Shown here piece by piece: positions 45,175 through 54,198 of a stretch of DNA of 64,000 nucleotides. The notes beneath the pieces were generated by a model. It did no database searches. It saw only the letters and a program-made list of their open reading frames with translations, and was not told the origin of the DNA. Both the position numbers and the translations under genes were made by a program. Origin of the DNA: an uncultured Oscillospiraceae bacterium. Lineage in GTDB: Bacteria; Bacillota; Clostridia; Christensenellales; CAG-138. Every line of letters starts with the position of its first letter. Position 1 is the stretch's first letter. The stretch spans positions 710 to 64,709 of the forward strand of contig CAZIQO010000002.1 of the NCBI GenBank assembly GCA_964541465.1, in the 5' to 3' direction.

Positions 45175-45944
45175 CTCCCGTCCACCACCGGCGAGAGCAG
45201 CGGGCCGTGCTCCGTTTCCACAAACTGCACCTCCACGCCGTACAGCCGCCGGATCAGCGCCCGGTCCAGCACGCGCGCCGGCTCCCCGAACGCAACGACC
45301 CGGCCGTCGAGCAGCGCGAGCGCCGCATCGGCGTACCAGAGCGCGTGCTGCGGGTTATGCGTGGAAAGCAGCACGGTATATCCGTCGTCCGCCAGCGCAC
45401 GCGCCTGCTTGAGCACGCGCACCTGATTTCCGTAATCCAGGCTCGCGGTCGGTTCGTCCATGAGCAGCGTTTTCGCCTGCTGCGCGAGCGCGCGCGCAAT
45501 CAGCACAAGTTGCTGCTCGCCGCCCGAGAGATGCGAAAAGTTCTTCTCCGCCAGATGGGAGATCCCCAGGTGCTCGAGCGCCGCCCCGACCGCCTCGAGT
45601 TCGCGCTTCCCCGGCACGGACAGCGAGGAGATCTGATGCGACGTGCCCATGAGCACCATATCGCGCACGGAATAGGAGAACGTCTGCGCGTGCGTCTGCG
45701 GGATATACGCGATCCGGTGCGCCAGCTCCCGCGCGGAAAGCGAATGCGCGTTTACGCCGTCCACCGCGATCGTACCCGAATAGCGCGTCTGCAGCCCCAG
45801 AATGCACCGGAACAGCGTCGTCTTGCCCACGCCGTTCGGCCCGAGCACAGCGAGCATCCGCCCGTTTTCCGCCGAACAGGAAACGTCCGTCAGCACCGCG
45901 CGCGTGCAGTAGGAAAAGCTCAGGTTTTGCACGGCGATGCTCAC
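45165..45944 (-). CDS. ABC transporter ATP-binding protein (FecE/BtuD type)
   Basis: Walker A GPNGVGKTT, signature LSGGEQQ, Walker B LLMDEP. GTG 45944 is preceded by GAGGGAGAA and overlaps the permease stop (GTGA). The 603-aa track ORF is an extension. Confidence 0.88.
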   Translation of the reverse strand: MSIAVQNLSFSYCTRAVLTDVSCSAENGRMLAVLGPNGVGKTTLFRCILGLQTRYSGTIAVDGVNAHSLSARELAHRIAYIPQTHAQTFSYSVRDMVLMGTSHQISSLSVPGKRELEAVGAALEHLGISHLAEKNFSHLSGGEQQLVLIARALAQQAKTLLMDEPTASLDYGNQVRVLKQARALADDGYTVLLSTHNPQHALWYADAALALLDGRVVAFGEPARVLDRALIRRLYGVEVQFVETEHGPLLSPVVDGRCG

Positions 45945-47008
45945 AGCGTTTTCTCCCTCTTCGTGATCAGATAGATGAAGAACGGCGCGCCGATGAACGC
46001 GGTCAGGATGCCGATGGGGATTTCCACGGCAAGAAGATTGCGCGAAACATCGTCCACGAGCAGCAGAAACGCCGCGCCCGCGATCATCGAGGCGGGCAGC
46101 AGATACCGGTAGTTGCAGCCGACCAGCTTGCGGCACAGGTGCGGAATCACCAGCCCCACCCAGCCGATCATGCCGCTGACCGAAACGCTCGCCGCCGTGA
46201 CCAGCGTGGAGCATACGATCACGAAAAACCGCAGCCGGTTCGTGTTGACGCCGAGCGTATGCGCCTCCTCGTCCCCGAGGGTGAGGATGTTGATCCGCCA
46301 GCGGAGCAGCAGCAGCGGAACGAGCCCGATGGACATCGGCACAACGACGAACCCGACGTCCTTCAGCTTCGAGCCGGAAAGGCTCCCCATCAGCCAGTAG
46401 GTGATCGCCGGAAGCTGATCCGTCGGATCGGCGACAAGTTTGACATAGGACGTGCCCGCCTTGAACAGCGAACCGACCATGATGCCGGCCAGGATCAGGT
46501 TGACCACCTTCAGACCAGGCGCACGCTGCGCGATCAGAAACACGGCGCAGACCGTGATCATGCTGAAGATAAACGCCGAAAGCGTGATCATGCGCGTCGA
46601 GCCGCCAAGCAGGATCGCCAGCGCCGCGCCGAACGCCGCGCCCGAGGAAGCGCCGAGGATATCCGGCGCGGCCATGGGGTTTTGAAACACGCCCTGAAAG
46701 GACGCCCCGGCGGCGGAAAGCGAGCACCCGACCAGGCACGCCATCACGATGCGCGGCAGACGGATGTTGACGACCGCCGTCTCCATCTTGTCCGTCCAGG
46801 TCTGGGCGAGCGGCACGACGCGGTCGAGCAGGATGCGGAACACCTCGCCGAACGGAACGCCGTACCGCCCGAGCGAAAACGAGCCGAAAAACAGCACCGC
46901 CAGAATCGCCGTCAGCAGAAGCAGCATCCGCACAGGTCCGATCCGTTTCGTTTCTTTTTTCGTCCGCGCCGCGCATCCGGCCCGCCGTATCCCGTTTTCC
47001 GATTGCAT
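45941..47008 (-). CDS. FecCD/BtuC-family ABC permease
   Basis: About 355 aa polytopic protein with RLPRIVMA..VG..L..AG..FQ..F.NP.A.P..LG family blocks. Confidence 0.88.
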   Translation of the reverse strand: MQSENGIRRAGCAARTKKETKRIGPVRMLLLLTAILAVLFFGSFSLGRYGVPFGEVFRILLDRVVPLAQTWTDKMETAVVNIRLPRIVMACLVGCSLSAAGASFQGVFQNPMAAPDILGASSGAAFGAALAILLGGSTRMITLSAFIFSMITVCAVFLIAQRAPGLKVVNLILAGIMVGSLFKAGTSYVKLVADPTDQLPAITYWLMGSLSGSKLKDVGFVVVPMSIGLVPLLLLRWRINILTLGDEEAHTLGVNTNRLRFFVIVCSTLVTAASVSVSGMIGWVGLVIPHLCRKLVGCNYRYLLPASMIAGAAFLLLVDDVSRNLLAVEIPIGILTAFIGAPFFIYLITKREKTL

Positions 47009-47040
47009 CAATATTTTCCTAAAAAAATAACGCTTCCTTT

Positions 47041-47069
47041 ATTATAGGTGCTTTTTTGCCGGATGTCCA
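47041..47069 (-). promoter_or_regulatory. sigma-A-type promoter of the six-gene ABC/MTase/XdhC/NTPase operon
   Basis: On the minus strand: TGGACA (47064..47069), 17-nt spacer, TATAAT (47041..47046). Only about 30 nt separate it from the start codon. Confidence 0.6.
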
Positions 47070-47262
47070 GTGAAAGGCGCGAAGAAGCGGAAATATATTT
47101 CAGCGCGTCAAACACATTTTTTACAGCAGACGCGGCATGGAAAACGGCGCCTGCGCAAATTGACAGTCACCGGCGCCGTGGGATACAATGAATCATAACA
47201 GGGCAGCGGAATGCCGGCGGACGATCCGGCCGACCGCCAAACGGGAAACGGGAGGAAAAGTC

Positions 47263-47898
47263 ATGCTGTTCGGGGACGGTTCGCTCAAGGAATTCGCGGA
47301 CGCCGCAAAGGCCGCGGTCCGCGACACGTCGAATTTCAACTGGACGTTCATCGCGCTGCTCGCGTTCGTCGTGATGATCTACGTCGACGAAATCTACAAG
47401 AAGAATTACAAGGCGGTCGCCGCCGCGCTGATGCTCTACAGCGTACACTGGCTCTACGAAATCGCGAACGCCGTGATCTGCTATTTTTCCGGGTACGCGC
47501 TCTGGACCGTATCGCCGGAGAGCACGTCCTACATCCTGCTCATCGGCGTGAGCTGGGAGCTCTCGATGATGTTCGCCGTGGCGGGCTTTACATCGAAGCT
47601 GCTGCCGAAGGACAAGGATAAAAAGCTCCTCGGCGTCAACAACCGCGTCGCGTTCGCGTTCGGCAGCGCGCTGTTCTTTTCTCTGGTCGAGATCTTTCTC
47701 GCGTCCACACCCGCGTTCATCTGGGTCTATCCCTGGTGGGGCGCGATCCCCGTGTTCATCACCGTCTATATCCCGTTCTTCCTCGCGTCGTACCTCATCT
47801 ACGACAAGGAGCCGAAAACACAGAAAAAGTGGATTGCCTCGCTTGCCGGCGTCAACGTCGTGCTGCTTGCAACGCTGATCCCGCTCGGCGTCATCTGA
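47263..47898 (+). CDS. hypothetical integral membrane protein
   Basis: 211 aa with several hydrophobic helices. GGGAGGAAAAG RBS before ATG 47263. Confidence 0.7.
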   Translation: MLFGDGSLKEFADAAKAAVRDTSNFNWTFIALLAFVVMIYVDEIYKKNYKAVAAALMLYSVHWLYEIANAVICYFSGYALWTVSPESTSYILLIGVSWELSMMFAVAGFTSKLLPKDKDKKLLGVNNRVAFAFGSALFFSLVEIFLASTPAFIWVYPWWGAIPVFITVYIPFFLASYLIYDKEPKTQKKWIASLAGVNVVLLATLIPLGVI

Positions 47899-47903
47899 CG
47901 CGC

Positions 47904-48488
47904 GTGCGGCGCGCGCTCGCCTGCCTGCTTGCCGCGGCGGCGCTGTTTGGGTGCGCGGCAACGCCCACGGAGCAGCCCGTATCTACGACCGCGCCGGCCG
48001 GGACGGCGTCGCCCGCCCCGTCGCCGATTTCGATACCGGAGCCGACGCCGACGGCGGCCGAAACCGTCGAGGTGACGCTCTATGTGCCGGACGCGGACCG
48101 CACGGGGCTTATGGCGGAGCGCGCGCAGGCGGAGGATTCGCCGCGCGGCCTTCTCGGCGCGCTCGTGGACGCGGGCGCGTTGCCGGATGTCGATTTTGGG
48201 CGGAATATCACGTTTTCCGTCGGGGACGAGGCCGTGACGATCGGCGGCGAAACGGCAGACGCGCGCGTCGTGCGGCTCGATCTTTCCGACGCGTTCGGGC
48301 AGGCGGTGGTCCTCGCCGGCGCGCCGGACGGCGACCTGATGGTACAGAGTCTGGTCAATACGTTCCTGACCCGCTATGAAGCGGACGCGCTGATTCTGAC
48401 CATCGAGGGCACGGTGCTCCAAACCATGCGCCGCAGTTATGAATCTGCGATCGTTTTCGACGCGTACGCCGAAACGAGCGACGGCTGA
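47904..48488 (+). CDS. putative lipoprotein (GerMN-like, tentative)
   Basis: GTG start gives VRRALACLLAAAALFGCA (lipobox), a Pro/Thr/Ala linker, then a domain of about 130 aa. No clear SD, so the start is uncertain. Confidence 0.55.
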   Translation: MRRALACLLAAAALFGCAATPTEQPVSTTAPAGTASPAPSPISIPEPTPTAAETVEVTLYVPDADRTGLMAERAQAEDSPRGLLGALVDAGALPDVDFGRNITFSVGDEAVTIGGETADARVVRLDLSDAFGQAVVLAGAPDGDLMVQSLVNTFLTRYEADALILTIEGTVLQTMRRSYESAIVFDAYAETSDG

Positions 48489-48527
48489 CCGCGATATTCG
48501 TGTAACGGAAGGAATTCGGTTTTACAC

Positions 48528-49385
48528 ATGCAGATGCTTTGGAACGTGATACTCGTTACGACGATCGCCGGCATCGGCGGCACGGGACTCGGCGGCGCCG
48601 TGAGCGCGTGCATCCGCCGCGACTCGACGCGAACCGTCAGCCTGCTGCTCAGCTTCGCGGGCGGCGTCATGCTCTCGGTCGTCTGCTTCGACCTGATCGG
48701 GGAGGAGCTCTTCGAATCGGGCGCGCCCCCGACGACCGAGCTGATGTGGATCGTGATCGGCCTGACGGTCGGATACGCAGTCGTTTCGCTTCTGAACTAC
48801 TGGATCGACCGCTGCACGAACCACGAGGTCCGGCACGTTGCAAACGGCGCAGGGCATCCGAAAACCGCGGACGACCTGGACGAGCTGATCCACAGCGACC
48901 ATTTCACCGAGCACAGAAAGCGCAACAACTCGCTCTTTACAGCGGGGGTGATCATGGCCGCGGCCATCGCGCTGCACAACCTCCCGGAGGGCATGGTGAT
49001 CGGCGCGGCGTACGCCGACTGCCCGCAGAGCGGTATCTGGTGCGGAAGCGGGCTCCTCGTCGCATCGGTAATCGGGCTGCACAACATTCCGGAGGGCATG
49101 GCGGTGGCGGTGCCGCTGATTGCCGGCGGCGCAAGACGCTGGAAGGCTCTTCTGGTCACGGCCGCGAGCGGCTTCCCCACGGTCGTCGGCGCGGTGATCG
49201 GGTATCTGCTCGGCGCGATGGGCCCCGTCTGGCACGTTCTCTCGCTTGGCTTCGCCAGCGGCGCCATGCTGTATGTGGTGTTCGGCGAGCTTCTGCCCGA
49301 GTCGATTTTGATGTGGAAATCCAAGCTGCCCGCGCTCGCCACGGTCGTCGGCATCGTCGTCGGGCTGATCATCATCATCGAATAG
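48528..49385 (+). CDS. ZIP-family divalent metal transporter (ZupT-like)
   Basis: HNLPEGMVIGAAY and HNIPEGMAVAVPL motifs. 285 aa membrane protein. Confidence 0.88.
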   Translation: MQMLWNVILVTTIAGIGGTGLGGAVSACIRRDSTRTVSLLLSFAGGVMLSVVCFDLIGEELFESGAPPTTELMWIVIGLTVGYAVVSLLNYWIDRCTNHEVRHVANGAGHPKTADDLDELIHSDHFTEHRKRNNSLFTAGVIMAAAIALHNLPEGMVIGAAYADCPQSGIWCGSGLLVASVIGLHNIPEGMAVAVPLIAGGARRWKALLVTAASGFPTVVGAVIGYLLGAMGPVWHVLSLGFASGAMLYVVFGELLPESILMWKSKLPALATVVGIVVGLIIIIE

Positions 49386-49415
49386 CGGATCATACAAAAG
49401 CCGGCGCCGGGCAAG

Positions 49416-49527
49416 CCATCGAAAACCCTGGTTTTCGATGGAAACCGCTGCGGCGGAAATTTGGCTGAACTTTCATTCTTGCATTGTCGAATTGGCGCAG
49501 CAATTTGACTGGAGCTCCGTTTATCAG
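49416..49527. repeat. intergenic repeat, family B, copy L
   Basis: About 112 nt. Its reverse complement aligns to 51636..51848 apart from an insertion of about 99 nt in that copy. Begins with an 11-bp hairpin ccatcgaaaac-cctg-gttttcgatgg. Confidence 0.8.
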
Positions 49528-49559
49528 CTACCGGCGTGCACACGCCGGGCATAGGTTTC

Positions 49560-49590
49560 GGGCCGCGCGTTTCCCGCGCGGCCCTCTTTT
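49560..49590 (+). terminator. rho-independent terminator
   Basis: gggccgcgcg-tttcc-cgcgcggccc followed by tctttt. Confidence 0.7.
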
Positions 49591-49602
49591 ATGATCCTCC
49601 GA

Positions 49603-49974
49603 TTATTCCTTCGCACTCAGCAGCCGCTCCACCGCGCTTTCCTCCGTGGGAGCAAAAAAGATATCGTTCCCCCGGTTGCTTTCATAGATAAAATCCATCA
49701 GCGGCCGGCTGGTATAGCGGGAGAAATCGCCGTAGACGGCCAGCTTGACGCGGTAGTTGACAAACTTCTGCAGGATTTCGCCCGCAAGGCGGGTGCTGAG
49801 CACGAAGAACTCCTCCGTCAGCGCTTCTTTATTCAGCGCGATGCGCGAGCAGCCGGTTTCATATTCGATTGACGCGAGAAAATCCAGTGCGGACTGCACA
49901 TCGCCGATCACGACTTCCCCGCTTTTTACGACGGCGACGGAACTCCCGTTTCGTTCCACGACCCTTGTTTCCAT
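49603..49974 (-). CDS. small conserved protein (DUF4180-like)
   Basis: 123 aa. The pattern FF.LST.LAGEILQKF.NY..KLA.YGDFS.Y.S..L.DFI.ESN.G..IFF matches my recollection of DUF4180. Confidence 0.65.
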   Translation of the reverse strand: METRVVERNGSSVAVVKSGEVVIGDVQSALDFLASIEYETGCSRIALNKEALTEEFFVLSTRLAGEILQKFVNYRVKLAVYGDFSRYTSRPLMDFIYESNRGNDIFFAPTEESAVERLLSAKE

Positions 49975-50016
49975 ATTCCGTTTCCCCCCCTGATTTACAA
50001 TGCGGGTTCCCCGCCG

Positions 50017-50922
50017 TCAGCCGGCCGGCCCTGCCGCCGGCCATCGCTCCATCAGCGCGCGCATGTCGTCCGGCAGGTCGGAGCGAAGTTCCAGCCGTTC
50101 GCCGGTGAGCGGATGCGTTAGCGACAGCTCCGCGGAATGCAGTGCCGGCCGCGCGATCAGCGCCCGGTCCTCCGTTCCATAGAGCCAGTCCCCCGCCAGC
50201 GGGTACCCGATCGACGCAAGATGGACGCGGAGTTGATGCGTCCGTCCCGTGCGCGGGATCATCCGAAGCAAAGTGAAGCGTTCGTTCCAGGCGAGCGTTT
50301 CATATTCGGTGCGGGCGTAAACCCCGTCGACCCGCACGGCCCGCTTGTAGATCGACCCCTCCGCAAAACCGATCGGCCCTTCGATCACGCCGCGCGGCGG
50401 CTCGACCCGGCCGACCGCGACGCCCTCGTATATGCGAAGAAACGCGTCCGTATGCAGCATGCGGCGCAGACGCTCGTGCAGGTAGGCGCTTTTTGCAAGC
50501 ACCATCAGCCCCGTCGTTCCGCGGTCGAGCCGGCTGACGGGATGCGGCGTCACGTTTCCGCCCAGATAGTGACAGACGGCGTTTTCCAGCGTGCATTCCA
50601 AAGGGTCCCGGGACGACTGATGCGCCGCAATGCCCGCGGGCTTGTCGAGAACGAGGATATCCTCGTCCTCGAAGCGCACGTTCAGCGGAAACGGCATCGG
50701 AACGGTCCGGTCGGAAGGAAGGTCGCCGATCTCGAACGTCAGCAGGTCCCCCTCGCGCACACGGGCGGTGACGTAGCAGCACGCGCCGTTGAGCAGAATG
50801 CCCTGCTCCCGGCGTTTGAGGCGCGAGAGATGCGCGCCGGAAACGAGCATCTCTTCCTTCAGCAGGCTTTTGACGGACCGTCCGTCCTGCTCCGGACCGA
50901 TCCTGAGCGAAAGCGTCCGCAT
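50017..50922 (-). CDS. RluA-family pseudouridine synthase with N-terminal S4-like domain
   Basis: Catalytic block HRLDRGTTGLMVLAK (here VSRLDRGTTGLMVLAK) and RTGRTHQLRVHLA motif. 301 aa. Confidence 0.9.
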   Translation of the reverse strand: MRTLSLRIGPEQDGRSVKSLLKEEMLVSGAHLSRLKRREQGILLNGACCYVTARVREGDLLTFEIGDLPSDRTVPMPFPLNVRFEDEDILVLDKPAGIAAHQSSRDPLECTLENAVCHYLGGNVTPHPVSRLDRGTTGLMVLAKSAYLHERLRRMLHTDAFLRIYEGVAVGRVEPPRGVIEGPIGFAEGSIYKRAVRVDGVYARTEYETLAWNERFTLLRMIPRTGRTHQLRVHLASIGYPLAGDWLYGTEDRALIARPALHSAELSLTHPLTGERLELRSDLPDDMRALMERWPAAGPAG

Positions 50923-51161
50923 CCGCCGCTGCCTCCTTCCCGAACGGTTTCCAGTTTTGCTTTCCTAACTGTAACCCGGCCGCGGGCAAAAGAAAAGGCC
51001 ATGGCGGCGATTTCGTTTGAATTTCGGATTTTTCGTGATCTTTTTTCCGTTTTCTGTCATGCGGCGGTAAAATGCGATATACTATTGATGTCGGACAAGC
51101 GTGCGGCGAACCGCGCGTTTTGGACTTATCCTTATCATCGTACAAAAAGGAGGCCTTTCCC

Positions 51162-51476
51162 ATGGCAGTGATCCAGATTACAAACGACAATTTCAAAACA
51201 GAAGTACTGGAATCGGAGGGCCCCGTACTGGTCGACTTCTGGGCGCCCTGGTGCGGACCGTGCCGCATGGTGTCCCCGATCGTCGACGAAATTGCGGAGG
51301 AAACGCCGTCCATCAAGGTCGGCAAGGTCAACATCGACGAGCAGCCGGAGCTGGCCTCCCTCTACAGCGTCATGAGCATTCCGACGCTGATGGTGTTCCG
51401 GAACGGACAGATGCGGGAGAAAGCCGTCGGCGCGCGCAACAAGGCGTTCATCCAGAAGATGATCGACAACCCGTAA
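51162..51476 (+). CDS. trxA: thioredoxin
   Basis: 104 aa with active site WAPWCGPC. AAAGGAGG RBS. The track ORF from 51072 is an extension. Confidence 0.92.
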   Translation: MAVIQITNDNFKTEVLESEGPVLVDFWAPWCGPCRMVSPIVDEIAEETPSIKVGKVNIDEQPELASLYSVMSIPTLMVFRNGQMREKAVGARNKAFIQKMIDNP

Positions 51477-51606
51477 GTCCGGCAGACGGCTTAGCGGCGT
51501 CCTCCGCTCCCCGGCATGCAGACCCGGCGTTCGCCGTTCTGCGGGCGGGTGGATGTTCGGCGCACGCCCTCTGCAAGCGGAACTGAAACAATGATAGAGC
51601 AAGATG

Positions 51607-51633
51607 CAAAAAAGCGGCTGAGGCCGCTTTTTC
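51607..51633. terminator. bidirectional-type intrinsic terminator
   Basis: aaaaaagcggc-tgag-gccgcttttt: A-tract, 6-7 bp GC stem, then U-tract. Confidence 0.7.
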
Positions 51634-51635
51634 AG

Positions 51636-51848
51636 TTTATCAACAAAGTTCCGGTCAAATTGCTGCGTCAATTTGACAATGGAAAAATGAAAGTTTAACC
51701 AAACAATCCGTCAAAGCCAGCGGCGTGTACGGTGGTTTTGACACGCTTCATGCAGCAAAACCGACAGTCGGCGCAGCCGACCGAGGCCGATGCTGCATGC
51801 AAATTCCCGCCACAGCGGCTTCCGTCGAAAAACATTGGTTTTCGACGG
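51636..51848. repeat. intergenic repeat, family B, copy R (inverted relative to copy L; carries an internal insertion of about 99 nt at 51701..51799)
   Basis: Its reverse complement aligns with 49416..49527. The terminal hairpin ccgtcgaaaa...ttttcgacgg differs from copy L by a compensatory A:T to G:C change. Confidence 0.8.
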
Positions 51849-51903
51849 TCTGAAAAAAAAGGCTCAGACCGCTTTTTTGCGTGCGTTCGGACGGATGCCT
51901 GTC

Positions 51904-52596
51904 CTATTCGTAAACGGTTTCGACGGAAACGACGCCCTCCATGTGCGAAAGGGCTTCCATCAGGGGCGCAAAACTGCCGCGGTCGGGCAGCATCAGGTGC
52001 AGGTAGACATGCCGCCTGAGGCGGTCCGCATCGAACGAAAAACTGAATTCCTCGATGATGCAGCCCATGCGCTGCAGGTCGGACTGCAGCGATACGAGGG
52101 TGTTGCCCTCCATGGAAAGCGTCATCTGCATGATGAGGCGGTTGCTCTTCCTGCGCTGCCTGTGGGCTAGGTTTCGCAGTACGCGCAGCACGACGATCAT
52201 CATCGCCGTCACGGCGATGGCAAGCACATAGTTGCCGCATCCGCAGGCAAGGCCGACGCAGGACACGCACCAGAGGCTGCCCGCCGTGGTCAGCCCGCGA
52301 ACCGAAATTCCTTCCTTGATGATGGTCCCGGCGCAGAGAAAGCCGATGCCGCTGATCACCTGCGCGCCGAGCCGGGCGGGGTCGAGGTTCATCACGCCCG
52401 AATACTTGATCACGAGATACTCCCCGCAGCACATCACCAGCGACGCGCCTACGGCAACCAGAATATGCGTGCGCATGCCCGCGTTGCGCTGAACGTGCTC
52501 GCGTTCGTAACCGATGATGCCCGCCAGCAGCGCGGCAAGCGCAATGCGCCCGAACATATAAAGGGTGTCGGTCCAGTCGATTGGCATATGCAGCAA
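51904..52596 (-). CDS. MgtC/SapB-family membrane protein with C-terminal ACT-like domain
   Basis: GIIGYERE, GMRTH and GA.VISGIGFLCAG family blocks. 230 aa. TTG start has GGAGGTG 8 nt upstream. The alternative start is ATG 52587. Confidence 0.85.
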   Translation of the reverse strand: MLHMPIDWTDTLYMFGRIALAALLAGIIGYEREHVQRNAGMRTHILVAVGASLVMCCGEYLVIKYSGVMNLDPARLGAQVISGIGFLCAGTIIKEGISVRGLTTAGSLWCVSCVGLACGCGNYVLAIAVTAMMIVVLRVLRNLAHRQRRKSNRLIMQMTLSMEGNTLVSLQSDLQRMGCIIEEFSFSFDADRLRRHVYLHLMLPDRGSFAPLMEALSHMEGVVSVETVYE

Positions 52597-52673
52597 GGAA
52601 ACAGCACCTCCCCGTTAAAATCGCCGCATCCGGCCGGACAATACCGGACAAATATATGCATGAATCCTCGGAT

Positions 52674-54038
52674 TTATAACCCCGTGCGATCGGCCATACC
52701 GCCGCACGCCTTCCACAGCGCGTCCGCGCGGCGCGTCCATTCGTCAAATCCATTTTCCTCGGGCGGATAGGCAGCATACAGCTTCCGGATGCGTTCGCCG
52801 CCGTGCATGCCGCCAAACAGAGAACGGAGGGTGGAGACGCGGAGCTTTCCGCAGAACACGCCGCCGTGCATGCGAAGCGCCATCGACATCCGTTCGCCGA
52901 ACGGAAAGCGGGACGGCCCGCCGCTGCCGAAGCTCTGAAAGAACGTTTCACTGAACATAACGTCCTTCATAAATAAGAAGTCGTCCTCCGCGGCGCTCAT
53001 GGACATGGCCCCGCGAATCGCCGCCAGTTGCGCGGCGAAAGCCTTCCCCTGCGCTTCCACATAGCGCTTGTTGATCGGCCAGAGCCGCGCGCGGGTCAGA
53101 TAACCGCCTTCGTCCAGCAGGCGGCCGACTACGTCGGCGGCGATTTCAAGCTGCACCATGCTCGCGGCCACGCCCTCGCCGGAGGAGGGTTTCGTCAGGC
53201 ACGCCGCGTCGCCGGACGCCAAAAATCCGTCCGCAACAAACGAATACGGCGGACGGCGGCAGGGCGTCGTTCCGCGCTCGATGCGCTTCACCGTATAGCG
53301 CGGCAGAGAAACGGCTTTCTCAAGCGCGGCGAACGCCTTCTCGCCGGCTTCGTAGGAAAACTGCGCGCGCACGCCGAGGATCGCGCCGGTCGGGTTCGCA
53401 TCCGGCGCCTCCCAGGTTTGGTAGAACGGCCAGGCACGGATTCCCTTCACGTAATCGCGCGGATCATGATAGGCCGCGCAGCGCAGCGTAACAAAGGATT
53501 TCTCCGCGTCGGAAATGATAAAATTCTCCGCGCCATAGCCGTCCGGCAGTTTTGTCCGCGCAACCGACGGAATCCCCGAGCAATCGGCGACGAGTTTTGC
53601 ACGGACCGGTTCCGTGCGTCCGTCCCGCTCGATCGACGCGCCGGCGACGCGCCCGTTTTCGTAAAGAAAATCGACGAACGACGCGCCGTAGGAAAACTTC
53701 GCCCCCGCCTCCGCCGCCCAGCGGTTCATGCGGGCGACGTAGCGCGGCATATGCATGCCGACGGTCGCGCCGGCCATCGGCTTCGGGTGCCGCCCGAACG
53801 CGGAGCAGACAACCCCGCCCGTGCACGCAAACGCAAAATCGTCGTCCTGCTCCGGCAGCGGCAGTCCGAACCGCTTCAGATCGGATTCGCCTATCCGGAA
53901 GACGTCCAGCCGTCTGCCGAGCTGGGCCCTCTCCAGCCGGTCGATCACCAGAACGCTGTGGCCCGCCTCGGCGATCCGGCGCGCAAAGAAACTGCCGGAC
54001 GTAGCCGCGCCGACAATCAGTACGTCATATTGTTCCAT
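52674..54038 (-). CDS. FAD-dependent oxidoreductase (geranylgeranyl-reductase/FixC-like flavoprotein)
   Basis: N-terminal YDVLIVGAATSGSFFARRIAEAG dinucleotide fold and a later GDAA motif. AAGGAGA RBS before ATG 54038. Confidence 0.8.
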   Translation of the reverse strand: MEQYDVLIVGAATSGSFFARRIAEAGHSVLVIDRLERAQLGRRLDVFRIGESDLKRFGLPLPEQDDDFAFACTGGVVCSAFGRHPKPMAGATVGMHMPRYVARMNRWAAEAGAKFSYGASFVDFLYENGRVAGASIERDGRTEPVRAKLVADCSGIPSVARTKLPDGYGAENFIISDAEKSFVTLRCAAYHDPRDYVKGIRAWPFYQTWEAPDANPTGAILGVRAQFSYEAGEKAFAALEKAVSLPRYTVKRIERGTTPCRRPPYSFVADGFLASGDAACLTKPSSGEGVAASMVQLEIAADVVGRLLDEGGYLTRARLWPINKRYVEAQGKAFAAQLAAIRGAMSMSAAEDDFLFMKDVMFSETFFQSFGSGGPSRFPFGERMSMALRMHGGVFCGKLRVSTLRSLFGGMHGGERIRKLYAAYPPEENGFDEWTRRADALWKACGGMADRTGL

Positions 54039-54133
54039 GCCGCCGTCTCCTTTCCCGGACGCACGGGAAAACCCGCGCCCGCCCACGGCAAGCCGCAGTC
54101 CATTCCGCTCAGGGTTACAGACAGTATAGCATA

Positions 54134-54160
54134 TAAAAAACGCGGCGGGAAAGGCCGCGT
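54134..54160 (-). terminator. rho-independent terminator after the ANTAR regulator gene
   Basis: On the minus strand: acgcggc-ctttccc-gccgcgt followed by tttttta. Confidence 0.75.
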
Positions 54161-54198
54161 CCGAAAAGCGACGGTGGAATGGGAACCGCGCGCTGCGT

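Noticed and set aside
47009-47190. Possible cobalamin riboswitch or other leader RNA upstream of the FecCD/BtuC-type operon.
   Set aside because: The TGGACA-17-TATAAT promoter leaves only about 30 nt before the start codon. No B12-box-like sequence is visible, and the remaining upstream DNA belongs to the divergent membrane-protein gene's promoter region.
51516-51698. 60-aa ORF ending inside repeat B copy R, and the small ORFs at 27273..27464 and 35869..36093 in promoter regions.
   Set aside because: There is no RBS. The reading frame is not conserved in the other repeat copy. The ORFs overlap promoter or operator sequences and have Arg-rich or low-complexity composition.
49416-51848. Interpreting the repeat-B-bracketed block as a mobile element or prophage remnant.
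   Set aside because: It contains only housekeeping-type genes (pseudouridine synthase, thioredoxin, DUF4180). There is no integrase, transposase or recombinase, no obvious compositional shift, and no direct target duplication that I could see.
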